From: Lepidodermella squamata
Taxonomy: Eukaryota > Animalia > Gastrotricha
Direction of reading: 5' to 3'
NCBI GenBank assembly: GCA_047495785.1
Contig: JBLDXI010000033.1
Coordinates: forward strand, 744,001 to 808,000
Length of the DNA stretch: 64,000 bases
Positions 10,430-23,578 of the stretch are shown one piece after another. The notes under the pieces are model-generated. The model saw nothing but the letters and a program-made list of their open reading frames with translations, was not told the DNA's origin and searched no databases. The first letter of the stretch is position 1. The number at the start of each line of letters is the position of its first letter. The position numbers and the translations under genes are program-made.

Positions 10430-12224
10430 ATGGCCTTCTCTTTCGCTAACAATGCTGGTTTCGACGGTCTCTCTGCCAAGTTCGGTCAATACAACCAAAC
10501 TGGTCTGGCTTCCTCGGCTACTACCGGCTTCGGTGGCATTAGCAACTTTGGCACTCAAATCAACAACAACGTCGCGGCCCAAATCGGTGCCAAGATCGGC
10601 CACTCAATCGGTCAAGAGTACGGTGCTCAGCTCGGTGCTGCCATCGCCGGTCACCTGAACGCCACCTTCGGAGCCGAGTGGGCAGCCCAGCTCGGAGCTG
10701 CCCACGGCGCTGAGGTCTTGGCTGAGTTGGGTGCCCAACTTGCCGTCTTCGCTGCTGCCACTGGATTCGGCGCCCAGTCGACCGCCCAACAGGGTGCCCA
10801 GTGGGGTGCTCAGGCTGGCGCCCAGTTGGCCGGTGTTCTGGCTGCCAAGCTCGGCGGACAGGCTGCTGGTGTCTTCGCCAACAACCAGGCTATCACCCAT
10901 ATCGGTGGCTCGATCTTCTCGCAGGCTGGTGCCAAGCTAGGAGCTGTCGTCGCTGCTCAGATCAACGGCGGCGACTTCGGTGCTGGTGCCAACATCACTG
11001 GCAACTTCGGCAGCTTCAACGCCCTCAACAACGGTCTATTCGGCGGCCTGAACGGCTACAACGCCGGCCTTTTCGGTGCCAACCACCTCAACAACTTTGG
11101 TGGCGTTTTCGGCGGTAACGTCAACCACTTGGCTGGCGCCTACAACAACGGTCTGTTCGGTGGTGCCAACAACAACTTCGCCAACAACTTCTCTGGCCCC
11201 TTCGGTGGCAACGCTACCTTCAACGGTCAGCTCTCTGGCAACTTCGGCGCCAACACCCTCGGCGGTCTCTTCGGTGGTGCCAACCTCGCCAACCAGGCTG
11301 GTCTCTTCGGTGGTGTTTTCGGCAGTAACGTCAACCACTTGGCTGGCGCCTACAGCAACGGTCTCTTCGGTGGTGCCAACAACAACTTCTCTGGCCTCTT
11401 CGGTGACAACGCTGCCTTGAATGGCAACTTCTCGAGCAACTTTGGCGCCAACACCTTCGGTGGCCTCTTCGGTGGTGCCAACAACAACTTTGGCAACTTC
11501 TCTGGCCTCTTCGGTGGTAACACTGCCTTCAACGGCCAGTTCTCTGGTAACCAACTGAACACCTTCGGCGGTCTCTTCGGCGATGCGAACTTCGCCAACC
11601 AGGCTGGTACCTTCGGTGGAAACTTCAACGGTCACCTGAACTCCCACTCGGCTGCTGACCAGCTGTACAACATCGCCTTCCGCCCGTCCAGCCAGGCCGA
11701 GCTCTACACTCTGACCAACCCGGTGCAGTACGTCAACAACCAAGGCAAGCGCCAGCTGTTCCTCGCCTTCGAGCTCAAGGGCTTCAAGCCTGAGGAAGTC
11801 ACCGTCACCCTGAACAAGGCCGAGCGCGCCGTCGTCGTCGAGGCTGCCTACGAGGCCAAGGACGGCAAGGAGCACACCGTCGCCCGCAAGTACTCGCGCA
11901 AGTTCGTCCTGCCCGAGGTGAGACTTTGATAAAACTGACCTATAAATAACCTTAATTTTCCGATTATTCAAGACTCTCGCCAAGGTCGACCTGGCCAAGG
12001 TTGAGCTCACCTCGCAACTGAATGCCGATGGCTACTTGTTCGTCCAAGCCGAGCTGCCTCAGTTGACCACCGAAGAGATCGCCAAGCTGCCGTTGTCTCA
12101 CAACCACCTCAACCAGATCGCTTTCAAAAAGACCCACAGCAGCGCCCTGTACGGCAACAACAACAACAACGTTTTCGCCCACCTCGCCAACAACGTTACG
12201 CCTGTTACTGTCAAGTCCGCCTAA
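10430..12224 (+). CDS. Small heat-shock (HSP20/alpha-crystallin) protein with long Gly/Ala and GLFG/Asn-rich N-terminus; exons 10430-11917, 11973-12224
   Basis: Spliced alpha-crystallin domain FELKGFKPEEVTV...RKYSRKFVLPE|TLAKVD...TSQLNADGYLFVQAELP. 55-nt GT-AG intron. Strong C-ending codon bias. Confidence 0.9.
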
Positions 12225-12510
12225 ACTTACCGTCGGATGCCGAAAACCCTTGAAAACTTGAATAACTTCTGATGATTTGAAATCATCGTTAATTTATAGT
12301 GATATCTCGTGATCAAAAATGTTATTGCCTCTGTCCTAATAAATTCTGCGTTTTCGGCATCATACTGCGTTCTCTGGCTCACTAAAAAATCCTGGAAATA
12401 TATAAAATTAATAATTAAGATTGGGGCTAAAATTTCCATTTATTATTATTTTCAAATTTTTTTTTTTAGTAAACCGATTTTCTGGCAGAAAAAGCTGAAA
12501 ATTTGATTTT

Positions 12511-14379
12511 TTAAAACACACTGACTGGCAAATAATTGTATCTCTTTTCGTCAGCTTGAATCAAGTCTTTCCGAGTCCAATAGGTCTGCGATACCAGCCA
12601 TAAATAAGCACTCAAAATTGCGATGGCATATCTGAAATAAGTAAAATGAATTATTCATGGACCCACTCAAATGAATCACTCACATTGTTAGGAAGGCGTT
12701 ATTAAGGAGTTCATGAAGATTACGGCATCCCTTTGCATTTCCACAACCTGGGTTACCGCCCTTTTCCGCCAAATTCCTGTTTCGATTCCGCGTCTCGATC
12801 CGTTGTAAATTGCAATTGGGATTCGAATTTCGTTCGTAGAGCGTGCTGTTATTGTTGTTATTCACAAGCGGCAATAAGGCTGAACTGCCTCGTTTTATGC
12901 TTAAGGCTCTAGCTTGGATAACAGCGGGGTGTTTGCTCGCCAACCTGACGACAATCGCGCAAACAATGCTGCCGAAAATTCCCATTGCGATGATGATGAC
13001 ATAGAAAATGGTCAGAATTGGAATGTTATCGCTAGCCTGGGGCGTAACTTCGATCAAACTGAGCATTAGTAAGAAGTAAGCCAGAATTCCTGTCAGAATC
13101 GTCTGCAATTTCTCGGTCGAATGGCTCGGCAGTACAAAGGCTAGAATGGTTGAGATCGAAATAAGGAATGTTGGCACAATCAGGGTCCAAATGTAGTAAT
13201 TAGGCTGGCGTTCCATTCGAAACCAAATTTCGATGCCGGATATGTTTGACTGGGATCGGCGGGCCATCTGCCCCGTTATCATCCATAGCGGGTGAGAGAC
13301 ATTTTCGTTCCAAAGGAGTAGGGCCTGATCGAGTCCGTAAACAAAATATTGCAATTCATGGATCAGGTAATGCGGCGATCGTAGCATTATGTGACAATTC
13401 TGAAAAAAATAAAAAAATATTCCATCTCAATAATTTGAAAACAATATTAAAATTTGAAAAATAAGTAAAAATGGGGAAAATTTGTAAAAAAAAATAGTCC
13501 ATTAACCTGATGGTCCCAAGGAAAATTTCGCATATTTTCAGACATCGGACACTGCGAATTAAAATAAAAATAAAAAATTTAAATAGACGAAAATTTATCA
13601 AACTTGCATTAATCTCGATTCGAAAGCTCGTTATCCAGGTGATGACGCTGCGATTATGGACGACGATGGGAAATTTTTCCCACGCTTCGGTATACAGCGT
13701 TTTTTCAGCGCTGTTTTCAATCGTCCACAGTGGAAACCAAAGGTATTTATCGAATTGAGGCACTGTATAAGACATTTCGGCACAATCTTCCCCGGACGCT
13801 TTCAGCAAACGACGATCGCGCCAGCTTGAATGAGCGAGGAAGAAAAATATCAAAATAAAAAAATTGAAAATATTAAATGATCAAAATTAATTAATTTAAT
13901 AACATATTAAATTATTATATTATGAATAAAAGATGCGAACCTCATTTCGAAAAACGCGCTCAAGGTCAAAGTTTGATCTCGCTCGTTAACTAATAAAAAT
14001 TTCGAAAAATTATGACTCATAAATTTATTGACCTACTTTTACCTTGGTAAATATTGGTGATTATAACCATCACGCTGACTTTCACTGGTAAATCAGGAGG
14101 ACTCTTTGTTAGCATGAATTTGTTCTTTTCGAGGTAATTCGCGAACGCGAGATGGCAGCGTTCGACGTTTTTTAGCCGAGCCTGTTGCTTCGTTGTTATC
14201 TCGGAATAATCAGCAAACGGCATGTAGCCCTCGGCGAACTGATTTTCGAAGGCTTCCTCGGCCGCCGCGTCCCATGTGCCCTGCGACATGACCCGGCCGA
14301 ACCTGCCCGGCAGGGCGCAGGTGGCCAGCATCAAGGTGAGCACCGACGAGCAGAGTAGCGTATGTACCGAAAAAAGCAT
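12511..14379 (-). CDS. Divergent Cys-loop ligand-gated ion channel subunit (subfamily A, no.1)
   Basis: Signal peptide, WRDRRL, WFPLW, Cys-loop CPMSENMRNFPWDHQ|NC, ERQPNYY-M1, EK-M2, M3, M4. Multi-exon. Confidence 0.9.
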
Positions 14380-15421
14380 GTTATTTGCTAGGTTAAAAAT
14401 AACCATTAAAATGACAATACAAGTTGTGGTAAGCGGTGTGCGGTAAAAAAGGCATGCGAAAAATTAATCACGCGTCTGAGAGCTTTGATTAACATAAAGC
14501 GATTGTGAATTCCGAAACTCCCGTGAGAATGTCAAATTCGAGAAAAATTAAGCCTGGGGCAAATGCCGAAAAAAGTATGGATAAAGCAATAAAACAAGCA
14601 CCCTGTACTGAGAAAAATCGTTAATATTTCCAACTGTCACATGATGGCGTGGAAAATACGATAACTTCAAAAATAATAGACCGTCTTATAGACCCTAAGA
14701 ACCTAAAATACGCGAACTTATCCGTTGAGAGGATATTAAAACTCAGTAGCTTCAACGTCTTCACTTTTTAATTGGCGCGCCGTCGCAAAAAAATACAACA
14801 GTGATAGTTCGAAGCTAATTTAGCAGCTCAGGTAAATAGGCCTACTCATTTCTACTGACCATTTCTACGTGTTGAATTTGTTAGCCGTCGTACAACTTGC
14901 TGACATGGCACAATATTTTTAATATTGATGATGAAAATAAGTTAAATTATGCCCAACAAGCCAGAGTCGACGCTTCCTATCTGCTAACGAAACTAATAAA
15001 ATAAAAAAACCGCAGCGCGAAAGATAACTTGGGACATATTTTCGAAAAGTTAAAAATCAGATTTGCTGAGAGAATTTTTGAAATTTCAATCATGTGAAGG
15101 GGGCAAGGTGATGGCTGATTTTCCCGCAAATTTTGAGAATCTTCCATGTTGACCTGATTTGTTGGCAATTTATTGGACAATTATCGGTGAATCTTAGCGC
15201 TCATTTGCATAAGTAACGACCTTGAGAAATTATTACTCGAATTCCGCAAAAAATTCAGAATTTTTTCATTTTGTAAATAATTCAGGACAGATCAGCGTTA
15301 TTTTTAATTCAACCAACATGAAATTATTGGAGAGTGTTTAGATTAAAAGCTTTAAGCATTAAACAGACAAATTTTTTATTCAAAAGTTTCCGAATTGATT
15401 TAAAAGAAAAACAAAATCACG

Positions 15422-16159
15422 TTATTTAAATTCATCAGTAACAAATTTTTTGCACGTTCCATGATCTTCCCAATAGCCATTTTTCAGTATGGTACCACAA
15501 GTTCCGCAAAACGATGTCGCACACACGCGACATGTCGCATGATTGTTCTTGCCAATGCGCCTGAAGCTGGTATGGCAGCACGGGCAGCGTGACACTTGCT
15601 CGCCGCTATTGCCTGTGCTGAAGCTAGTTCGGAAGCCCAACGTCGGCGTTCCTGGCTTTGGAGAAGACGGTGGTTGAATCTGGCTCAATCGATCGTATTT
15701 ATGCGCGAGATCCGAGCAAAGTCGCCGCAAATCGAGAATTTCAAGGCGCTGATTCTCAACTTTCGTTTCAAGGGATGAAATTCTCGACTTCATCTGCCTG
15801 ACTTCATTAGCTTCAAACCCAACTGTCGCGCCGATATCTGGGCTTGAACTCAGGCTCAAGTGATTGACGTCCAAGGCTTCAGGCGTGGACGCAGTCGAAA
15901 ATTGATGCAGGTTTGAGTCCTGTTTAGACACCGTCCTCGCGCTCAAAATGGCAACGCTGCCGTCAAGACCGGCGACCTTGGCTTTATTGAGTATCTTCGC
16001 GGCATTTTCAGCCTCGTACGTTGATTCAAAGGTCAGGTATTTGCAATACGACGAATCGCTCCTTGTTTCAAATGCCGAAGGGCTGAGCAATTTAACGAGT
16101 TCAGCCTCTGAAAAAGGCGACGTTGACCAAGTCTTCAATTGGCAACTGGGACGGCTCAT
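15422..16159 (-). CDS. Intronless protein: degenerate RRM-like segment, coiled coil and C-terminal IBR/Rcat-like zinc finger
   Basis: YLTFESTYEAENAAKILN resembles RNP1 plus helix. CPCC...NNHATCRVCATSFCGTC matches RBR RING2 spacing. Confidence 0.7.
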   Translation of the reverse strand: MSRPSCQLKTWSTSPFSEAELVKLLSPSAFETRSDSSYCKYLTFESTYEAENAAKILNKAKVAGLDGSVAILSARTVSKQDSNLHQFSTASTPEALDVNHLSLSSSPDIGATVGFEANEVRQMKSRISSLETKVENQRLEILDLRRLCSDLAHKYDRLSQIQPPSSPKPGTPTLGFRTSFSTGNSGEQVSRCPCCHTSFRRIGKNNHATCRVCATSFCGTCGTILKNGYWEDHGTCKKFVTDEFK

Positions 16160-16869
16160 AATTTCGTCCTAATACGAGTAAATAAAAGTTGAGTTGTGCA
16201 GTATAACTGCTCTCGCACTCGGCAACTATAGGAATAAACAATGAACAACAAATGATAAGATAAGGATTGAGGCGTATACTGGCAAATAATTAGCAGAATG
16301 AATCATAATTTTTGAAATTTATAACGCCATCAATTTATTCAAAACTAAAACTTTTCGGATGGACAATTCGAAATAATCTACTGAATTTCAACATTTTAAT
16401 TTTGTTGGCATTTTTTAAGGATATAAAATTATTAAAATTTTCCTTTGATCGGGATTCGGATTTATTCATAATGCGAAAATTTTATTATTTGTTTTCTTTT
16501 TTTCTTTCAATCTGGAATAATTTTGTTAAATCATCTCAAGGGAATAATAATGATTAATATGCGCAATATTATATCGAACTCAGCTCAGAGAGCAACAAGC
16601 CGAAATAGCGCAGAAAAATGCTCGATATTGATAAGGCGTCACGTGTACGCATTCTCATATGCGATGCTAATGATAGATATTCGAGGGAAATAACATTTCG
16701 TGTCACATGTCCAATCGAACAGGTCAAAATTATGGCCTGATTCGCTGCATGAGATGAGAAATCAGGTGTAACATTCCACGCTACCTCAGGGTATAAAAAT
16801 GGCCCAAAATGAGCAAGACTCCTCGATACATTCCCATTTTCCTTATTCTGTCGCGTTCTAATTATAAAA

Positions 16870-17243
16870 ATGTTCAAGGTTGCCGTTATTACCCTTGCTT
16901 TGTGCTGCGTTATCGGCCTTACTGGTAGGCAATTTCTCGCGATTTTTGTTTAATTTTGTTAAAATTATTTCTCATAGCCGGCCTTCGCTGCCATGTCGGC
17001 ATTGAAACCCCGTATTCCAAGAACGACCAGGGTGTTCAGGATGGCTGCAAGTGGTGCAAGTACAAGGTTGAGTCTGGAACTGACAATGGCACGCCCTTCC
17101 AGTTCGTAACCCGCGAATGCGTGAAAATCCCTAAGCCGTTCACGAAGGCTGGCTGCAAAACGTCCAAGACCATGCTTGGCCACCGCGACGAACTCAAGTG
17201 CTACTGCAACACCGACACCTGCAACGCCAATAAGCCGTTTTAA
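16870..17243 (+). CDS. Secreted three-finger (Ly6/uPAR, LU-domain) protein; exons 16870-16924, 16978-17243
   Basis: Signal MFKVAVITLALCCVIG, LRC start, 8 mature Cys, terminal CYCNTDTCN. No GPI-signal tail. Confidence 0.85.
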
Positions 17244-17329
17244 ATTCGAAAACTCTAATTGCTTGCTTTATTTAAATAACAGTCACGAGGTAAAAAATGC
17301 TGATAAGACTGAATTAAGCTGGAAATATA

Positions 17330-19308
17330 TTAATAAACTTGAATTTTAGTGTAATTAAACCTAGCGTCGTCTTGCCGCAGCAAATTACTGCGAATTATTG
17401 CCAGATGAATAAACAGCCATGCGTAGACTAAGAATAGCACTGCAAAATACCTGAAATAAATTGAAAATAATAAGCAATTAAGGTGGAATTTTCAAACTTA
17501 CACAGCAAATAATAAGTCGTTGAGCCGTTTAGCTGAGATGCGGTCCCAACAAAAACGAGCGCTGTTCGTATGATGATCATGAGGACATTCCACCATAGAA
17601 GCGCTCTGCCGGCGAGACATTTTGATTTTCTCTTGAGCAGTCTCAATTCGAACGACAACTACACAGCCGAGGATTGCGAAAATCCCGATTGCAATCAAGA
17701 TCATGTAGAAAACCGCTAAAAGTGGTATATTTTCACTACCCCTCGGCGTTACCTCAATAACGCTGAGGAGAAACAGAAAATACGACAAAATTCCGGCCGA
17801 AATTGTTTGCAGCTTCTCCCCGGAATCACTCGGCAGTAATAACGCGACAAGGGTTAGCAGTGAGATCAGAAAGGTTGGCGCGATCAGCGTGGCCAGGTAG
17901 TATGAAGGCCGGCGAGATAGGCGGAACCACAGATCGATTCCAGCACTTGTCGCCATTGCCGGGCGTTTGGCCTGTTGATGAGTCAGCTCCCATAAAGGAT
18001 GGGTCACGTTTTCGCTCCATAATAATAAGCCTTGCTCGGGGCCGTAGACGAAATATTGCAGCTCGTCGTTCCAATAGTGCGGTGACCTAGATTAAATTAG
18101 CGACACATGCCATTCAAATTAGGAAGGCTAATTTATTTCTATTATAATTTAAAAATAAAAACACCGCACTCTTGCGTTCATTAGCTCGGGTACAATTTTG
18201 GCGCTCCTGTGAGATGATGCTTTGTTTGCGTTCAAAAATAGATAGCATTTTTGACGGGCTCTAAAAATAGCCCGCATGGAAGTTAAAACAATATGAATAA
18301 ATAAATTGAGGTGTCTTGAAACTAGAACATTTTCATATTCAAAAAATGAGCCGAAAAAATCCAATAAAAAATTAGCTGCTCGCAACAAATTAGTGTTTTT
18401 TCTAAACATTTTCAACCGGGTTCAACTTCTGAAAAGCTTTCAAAAATTTACCTGATTGTTATCTGGCAATTTTGATGATCGTAAGGAAAAATATGCATAT
18501 TCGGCATCCGGCACTGGGTAAAATTGCAAAAATTAAAAATTAAAATTAAGACGATTTTTTACATTTAGGGCAAGTCGAAAGCTCGAGACCCACGTGACAA
18601 CGCTGCGGTTATAGATAACAGCGGGGAATTTTTCCCAAGCATCGTCGTACAGTGTTTTTTCGACGCCATTTTCCAACAGCCACAATGGGTACCAAATCGT
18701 ATCGCTGAACTTTGACAACATAAAAGGCACATCAGCGCACAGGGGCGTTGAACTATTGAACAACCGCTTGTCTCGCCAACTATAAAATCGAAATAAAAAT
18801 GGCTGGAATTTTTCGGAAAAATTGCCTGAATTCCAGCAAAGCAGTTATGGTAACAGTTTGGTCTCGTTCATTCACTAAACAAAATTAATAATGTAATTAA
18901 TTTAAAAAAGTCAAGATTTTTACCTTCATAAATATTTGTTAAAAGAATCATGACACTAACTTTAACCGGTAAATCTGGTGGACTTCGCCGTAGAGAGGTT
19001 TTTTCACGCTCCAAAAAATCGCTAAACTCATTATTGCACTGTTCAATTCTCTGCAAGATGCCTCGCTTTTCGATCGGCGTTTCGCTGAAGTCTCGAAACG
19101 GCATGTAGCCATCAGGAAATTGCCGCTCATAATTCGCTATGACCTCACTTTTTTCATCCTTGAACGGCGGTGATTCAACGGCTTCATCGTCAGGCTTGAC
19201 CAAATTCGTTTCCATGGCGGTGAAAACTGATTTTGCGGCATCAAAGGTGGCCATAGACAAAAGAAACAAGGCGACGTTAAAGCACATTATTTTTAATACT
19301 CTTGTCAT
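17330..19308 (-). CDS. Divergent Cys-loop channel subunit (subfamily A, no.2)
   Basis: GYMPF motif, WRDKRL, Cys-loop CRMPNMHIFPYDHQNC, DSGEK-M2, four TM, tail FNYTKIQVY. Confidence 0.9.
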
Positions 19309-19538
19309 TTAAAGCCAGATGAGAATAAAGGCAGCGATGATATGCATAATGACGTGCCGGTGAATTACGCGCCTGATCAAACAATGGCGATATTTTTAAC
19401 GCTAACACAAGACATAAATTAGCGGCTATTTTTTATTTTCAATCTTCATTACACTGTATTTAACATATACGTGGCATTTCCGTACTTCTTGGCAACGCGA
19501 TTGGAAATTATTTCTAAACGAGCTTCATCGAGTTTCAG

Positions 19539-21731
19539 TTAATAAACTTGAATCGGAGTGTAGTTAAACCGCCTGACGTCGGCGAGCCTCAAGTTTTCGC
19601 GGGTGCTCAGGGCGCTTCCGAATAGCCACAGGTAGACACAGGCTAAGCCGATGATATACCTGCAAAATAAAAGGAAATTTTTGTAACGCCATTCATTAAT
19701 CACTTAGGGGAGGTCCAGGTAATTTTTCAGATTTTTTCAATATATTATAGCGGGTTTGCTCTGGACGGGTAGCCTGGTTAAACAACCGATTTAATAATTA
19801 TTGTTCTTATAGTGTCGGTAAAAGAGTCGCCAAGCATTATTGACAATTCGGTGCATAAAAAGACGGTATAAAACACTAATTATAGAAGAGAAAAATTACC
19901 TAGCACTTAGCAATAACGGAATACAGCGTGTCCCGTAAGTAACGCTAGCGAAGAACATACACGGAAAATTGGAGGCGAAGTCATATTTCATGGCCAGAAA
20001 AATCATTGAATAATTCAAAATGCCACGGGAATAGTAATGCTATTTTTCAATAGCAATTGGATATAAAAAATCCGGGGAAAATGGGCCCAATCGTTTAAAA
20101 TACCGAAAATTACAGAACCAGATACAATCTGGGTTTTCCTAACTTTCTAATCTCGGTAAAATCGCCGATAAAGGATGGAAAATTCTTCCCATAAGATTAC
20201 TTACTCAAAAATCAGTTAAATTTTCTGCAAAAAGTTATAAGGTGCCTCTTTAGTCTTCAGACCAGCCACATGACTTACACTATAAAGAAAATGTCGTTGA
20301 GCTGCTGAGAGGTCATCGATTTACAATACGTGACAGCTTTTGGTGCTGCGTGAGGCTGTACCAATAATAATTGCCGGTGCCTATTTTTGCTGGAATTATG
20401 ATTCGCAGATCTCGCTTGCCGTTCGAACGCGGCTACTCTCACGATGAGCGCACAGGCGATACTTCCCAATATTCCCATCGCGATTATCATGACGTAGAAC
20501 ATGGTCAATATCGGTATTCGCTCACTGCCCCTTGGTGTAACCTCAGTCACGCTGAGTAACAATAGGAAATACGACAAAATTCCAGATGAAATCGTCGCCA
20601 ATTTCTCGTTTGAATGCGATGGTAAAACGAAAGCTAAAACTGTTGATAGCGAGATAAGGAAAGTTGGCACTATCAGGGTTATGATGTAATAGGAAGGGCG
20701 GCGTTCGATTCGAAACCAAAATTCGATTCCGGCGATTTTTGTCATGAAAGGCCGCTTAGCTTGCTGGTGGGTCAGAGTCCAAAGAGGATGAGATACCTTA
20801 CGATTCCAAAGCAATAGAGCCTGATCATGGGCATTGACGTAGTACTGCAATTCAAAAGCCCACCAGTGAGGTGACCTATTATTAAAAAAATCATTAAAAT
20901 TAAAATTAAATTAGTAAAAAATGCGCTTACCAAATCAAAATGTGACAGTTCTGCGAATAAGAAAATCGCGATTAAAAAATATGAAAAAATTAGAAAAATT
21001 GCCCACCTGGTGGTCATAAGGAAAAATGTACATGTTCGGCATTGGGCACTGTTAAATAATTTCAATTAAATTATTTAGATGATAGATAATGTCAGCTTTA
21101 CATTGAGAGCGAATCGAAAACTTGAGATCCAGGTGATTACAGTGCGATTATATACAACGACTGGAAATTTCTCCCATGATTCATGGTACAACGTCCTCTC
21201 GGCACTGTTTTCGATGGTCCATAGCGGGAACCACAGATAGTTGGCAAATTGGGAAACCATAAACGGAGCTTCGGAACAACTTTCATCTGACGCGTTTGCT
21301 AACCGCTTATCCCTCCAACTATTTAAAAAAATAACCAAAAAAATCAGAAATTTTAATTTGGATGAAAATATCCACCTTAATTCAAGAAGCGCGGTCATTG
21401 TGACGGTCTGATCTTTTTCATTGACCTCGTAGATGTTGGTAACGACTATCATAACAGCAACCTTAACCGGCAAATCAGGCGGGCCTCTCGGCCATATGTG
21501 TTTATAGCGTTCTAGAGCTTCAATGAATTCTAAATTGCAAGCTTCGGTTTTTCGCAATTTCGCCTCTTGCGCCGGCGTCATTTGGCTGTAGTCGCGAAAC
21601 GGCATGTAGCCTTCCATGAATTCTTTCTCGTACATAGCCTCAGCCATTGCCATTTCGTCAAGTTGCTCGGCGGTTTGACATGTTACCCGCTGCCCGAGGC
21701 ACAGAAAAATGCTTACAAGTGCTAACCTCAT
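19539..21731 (-). CDS. Divergent Cys-loop channel subunit (subfamily A, no.3)
   Basis: Cys-loop CPMPNMYIFPYDHQ|NC, SNEK-M2, tail FNYTPIQVY. The last intron is enlarged by a MITE. Confidence 0.9.
19924..20250 (-). mobile_element. Copy of the Tc1/mariner-like MITE family (25420-25793), inside an intron; right boundary approximate
   Basis: Begins TA|CAGCGTGTCC...AAGTAACGC, the reverse complement of the 25793 end. Shares internal blocks with that copy. Confidence 0.65.
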
Positions 21732-21899
21732 GGCTTGAAAATGCACGCACCAAAATTTTAATTTGACGAAAAATTAGAACCAGACATGAGCCAGACCATT
21801 AGGAATCGCAAACAAAGCCTGTAATGTGGTTGGTTCATCCAAGCGTGAAATGCAATTTCGTGATCCATTATCAATTATTTTATTTACATAACTTCAAGG

Positions 21900-23578
21900 T
21901 CAAAATACTAGTATTTTTGTGTAATTGAATCGTTTAGCGTCATTATCTAGCAGCTCTTCACGAACAATTGCCGTGTAGCCGAATAACCAGATATAGGCAC
22001 TTACTATCGATGTTAAATACCTAAATATAATTGAAAAAAGTTAGGAAAATTGTGAGGAATTATTTTTTTACTCACACTACGAAGAAAATGTCATTGACAC
22101 GTTGCGCCTTCATCCATTTTGAGCATTTCGAATTTTTTGAGGAGGAAAGCCCGGCTCGAAAGAATCGGCGATTTCGATTAGTCATCCCGAAAATCATCTC
22201 ACTGCGCTCATTGGCCGCCATTCGAACGATAATAGCGCAAAAGATACTCGCGACTACGCCCATTCCGATAATTAATATGTAGAAAGTCGTCAAAATCGGG
22301 ATATTTTGACTGCCACGCGGGGTTACCTCCGTCACGCTGAGGAGCAGGAAAAAATACGACAAAATACCAGAGGCTATAGTTGACAGTTTTTCGTTGGAAT
22401 GAGCCGGTAAGACAAATGCGAGTAGGGTTGAAATCGATATTAGGAATGTTGGGACAATCAAGGTTACGATGTAATAGGCCGGTTGTCGTTCAATTCGGAA
22501 CCAAAATTCGATTCCGGCGATTTTCGAGGCTGGTCGCCTCGCTTGTTGATGCGTGACGGCCCATAGCGGGTGGGTTACTTTATCAGTCCATAGCAGTAAA
22601 GCTTGATCGTGGCCATTTACAAAATATTGAAGCTCGGTGTTCCAGTAATGGGGCGACCATATTAGAATATTGCAGTTCTATAAATCGAAAATCGGTAATT
22701 TTCGGAATTATACCTATCATAAAGCTGAACTAACCTGATGGTCGAACGGGAAAATATGCATATTGTACATCGGACACTGAAATTAAAAATAAAATAATAG
22801 AAACAAAAGTAATAAAATAAAAATGATCAAAAAATCACAATAAATTTAAAAATTTAAAATAATTAAGGTAGGTAATTCGATGACCTGATGAGCTTACATT
22901 TAAAGCTATTCGAAAGCTAGAAACCCAAATGACCACACTTCGATTGTGGATTACAACTGGGAATTTCTCCCAAGCTTCGTTGTAGAGCGTTCTTTCGGCG
23001 CTATTCTCCACTGTCCAAATTGGGAACCACATATAATCGGCAAATTTCGGTACCATGAATGGAACCTCGGCACAGTCTTGATTGGAACCATTCAAAAATC
23101 TTTTATCTCGCCAGCTGAACTCGATCAAGGCTGTCAGGGTGATAGTTTGCTCAGATTCACTGACTTGAGAATACAAAATTTCAAAAATATAAAAGAAGGA
23201 ATTGTAATTTCATTTACCTTCGTAGATGTTGGTAAAAACTATCATCATGCTGACTTTAACAGGGAGTCCTGGTGCTGTTTTCGAAAGTGAGTGTTTGTTT
23301 CGTTCAAGATGTTCGATGAGTTGTAGATTGCATCGTTCCGTTAAATTAAGTTTCCGTTCCTGCTCTGGAGCCAGTTCCGAAAAGTCCAAAAAAGGCATGT
23401 AACCTTCTCGAAACTGCTTGTCGTACTCAGCTGCGAATATTTCAGCCTCTGAGGGCTCGCTCGAGTTGGCCAGCGATACACTCGTCTCGCCACTCCCGCT
23501 GAATGCCTCCTCGATTGAGGCAAATATTGGTGGCAGAATCGCAATCGATAACAGCAATATTAGGAAGAATTTATTCAT
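21900..23578 (-). CDS. Divergent Cys-loop channel subunit (subfamily A, no.4)
   Basis: Signal peptide, GYMPF, WRDKRF, CPMYNMHIFPFDHQ|NC, SNEK-M2, tail FNYTKILVF. Confidence 0.9.

Noticed and set aside
10155-10658. 167-aa ORF overlapping the sHSP start
   Set aside because: It runs through the TATA/promoter region and then an alternative frame of the sHSP, with no protein-like features.
11000-11640. Nucleoporin Nup98/Nup100 call from the GLFG repeats
   Set aside because: There is no GLEBS or autoprotease domain, and the same frame continues into an alpha-crystallin domain.
11036-12010. 324-aa minus-strand ORF and other overlapping frames
   Set aside because: These are antisense shadows of the strongly codon-biased, repetitive sHSP coding strand.
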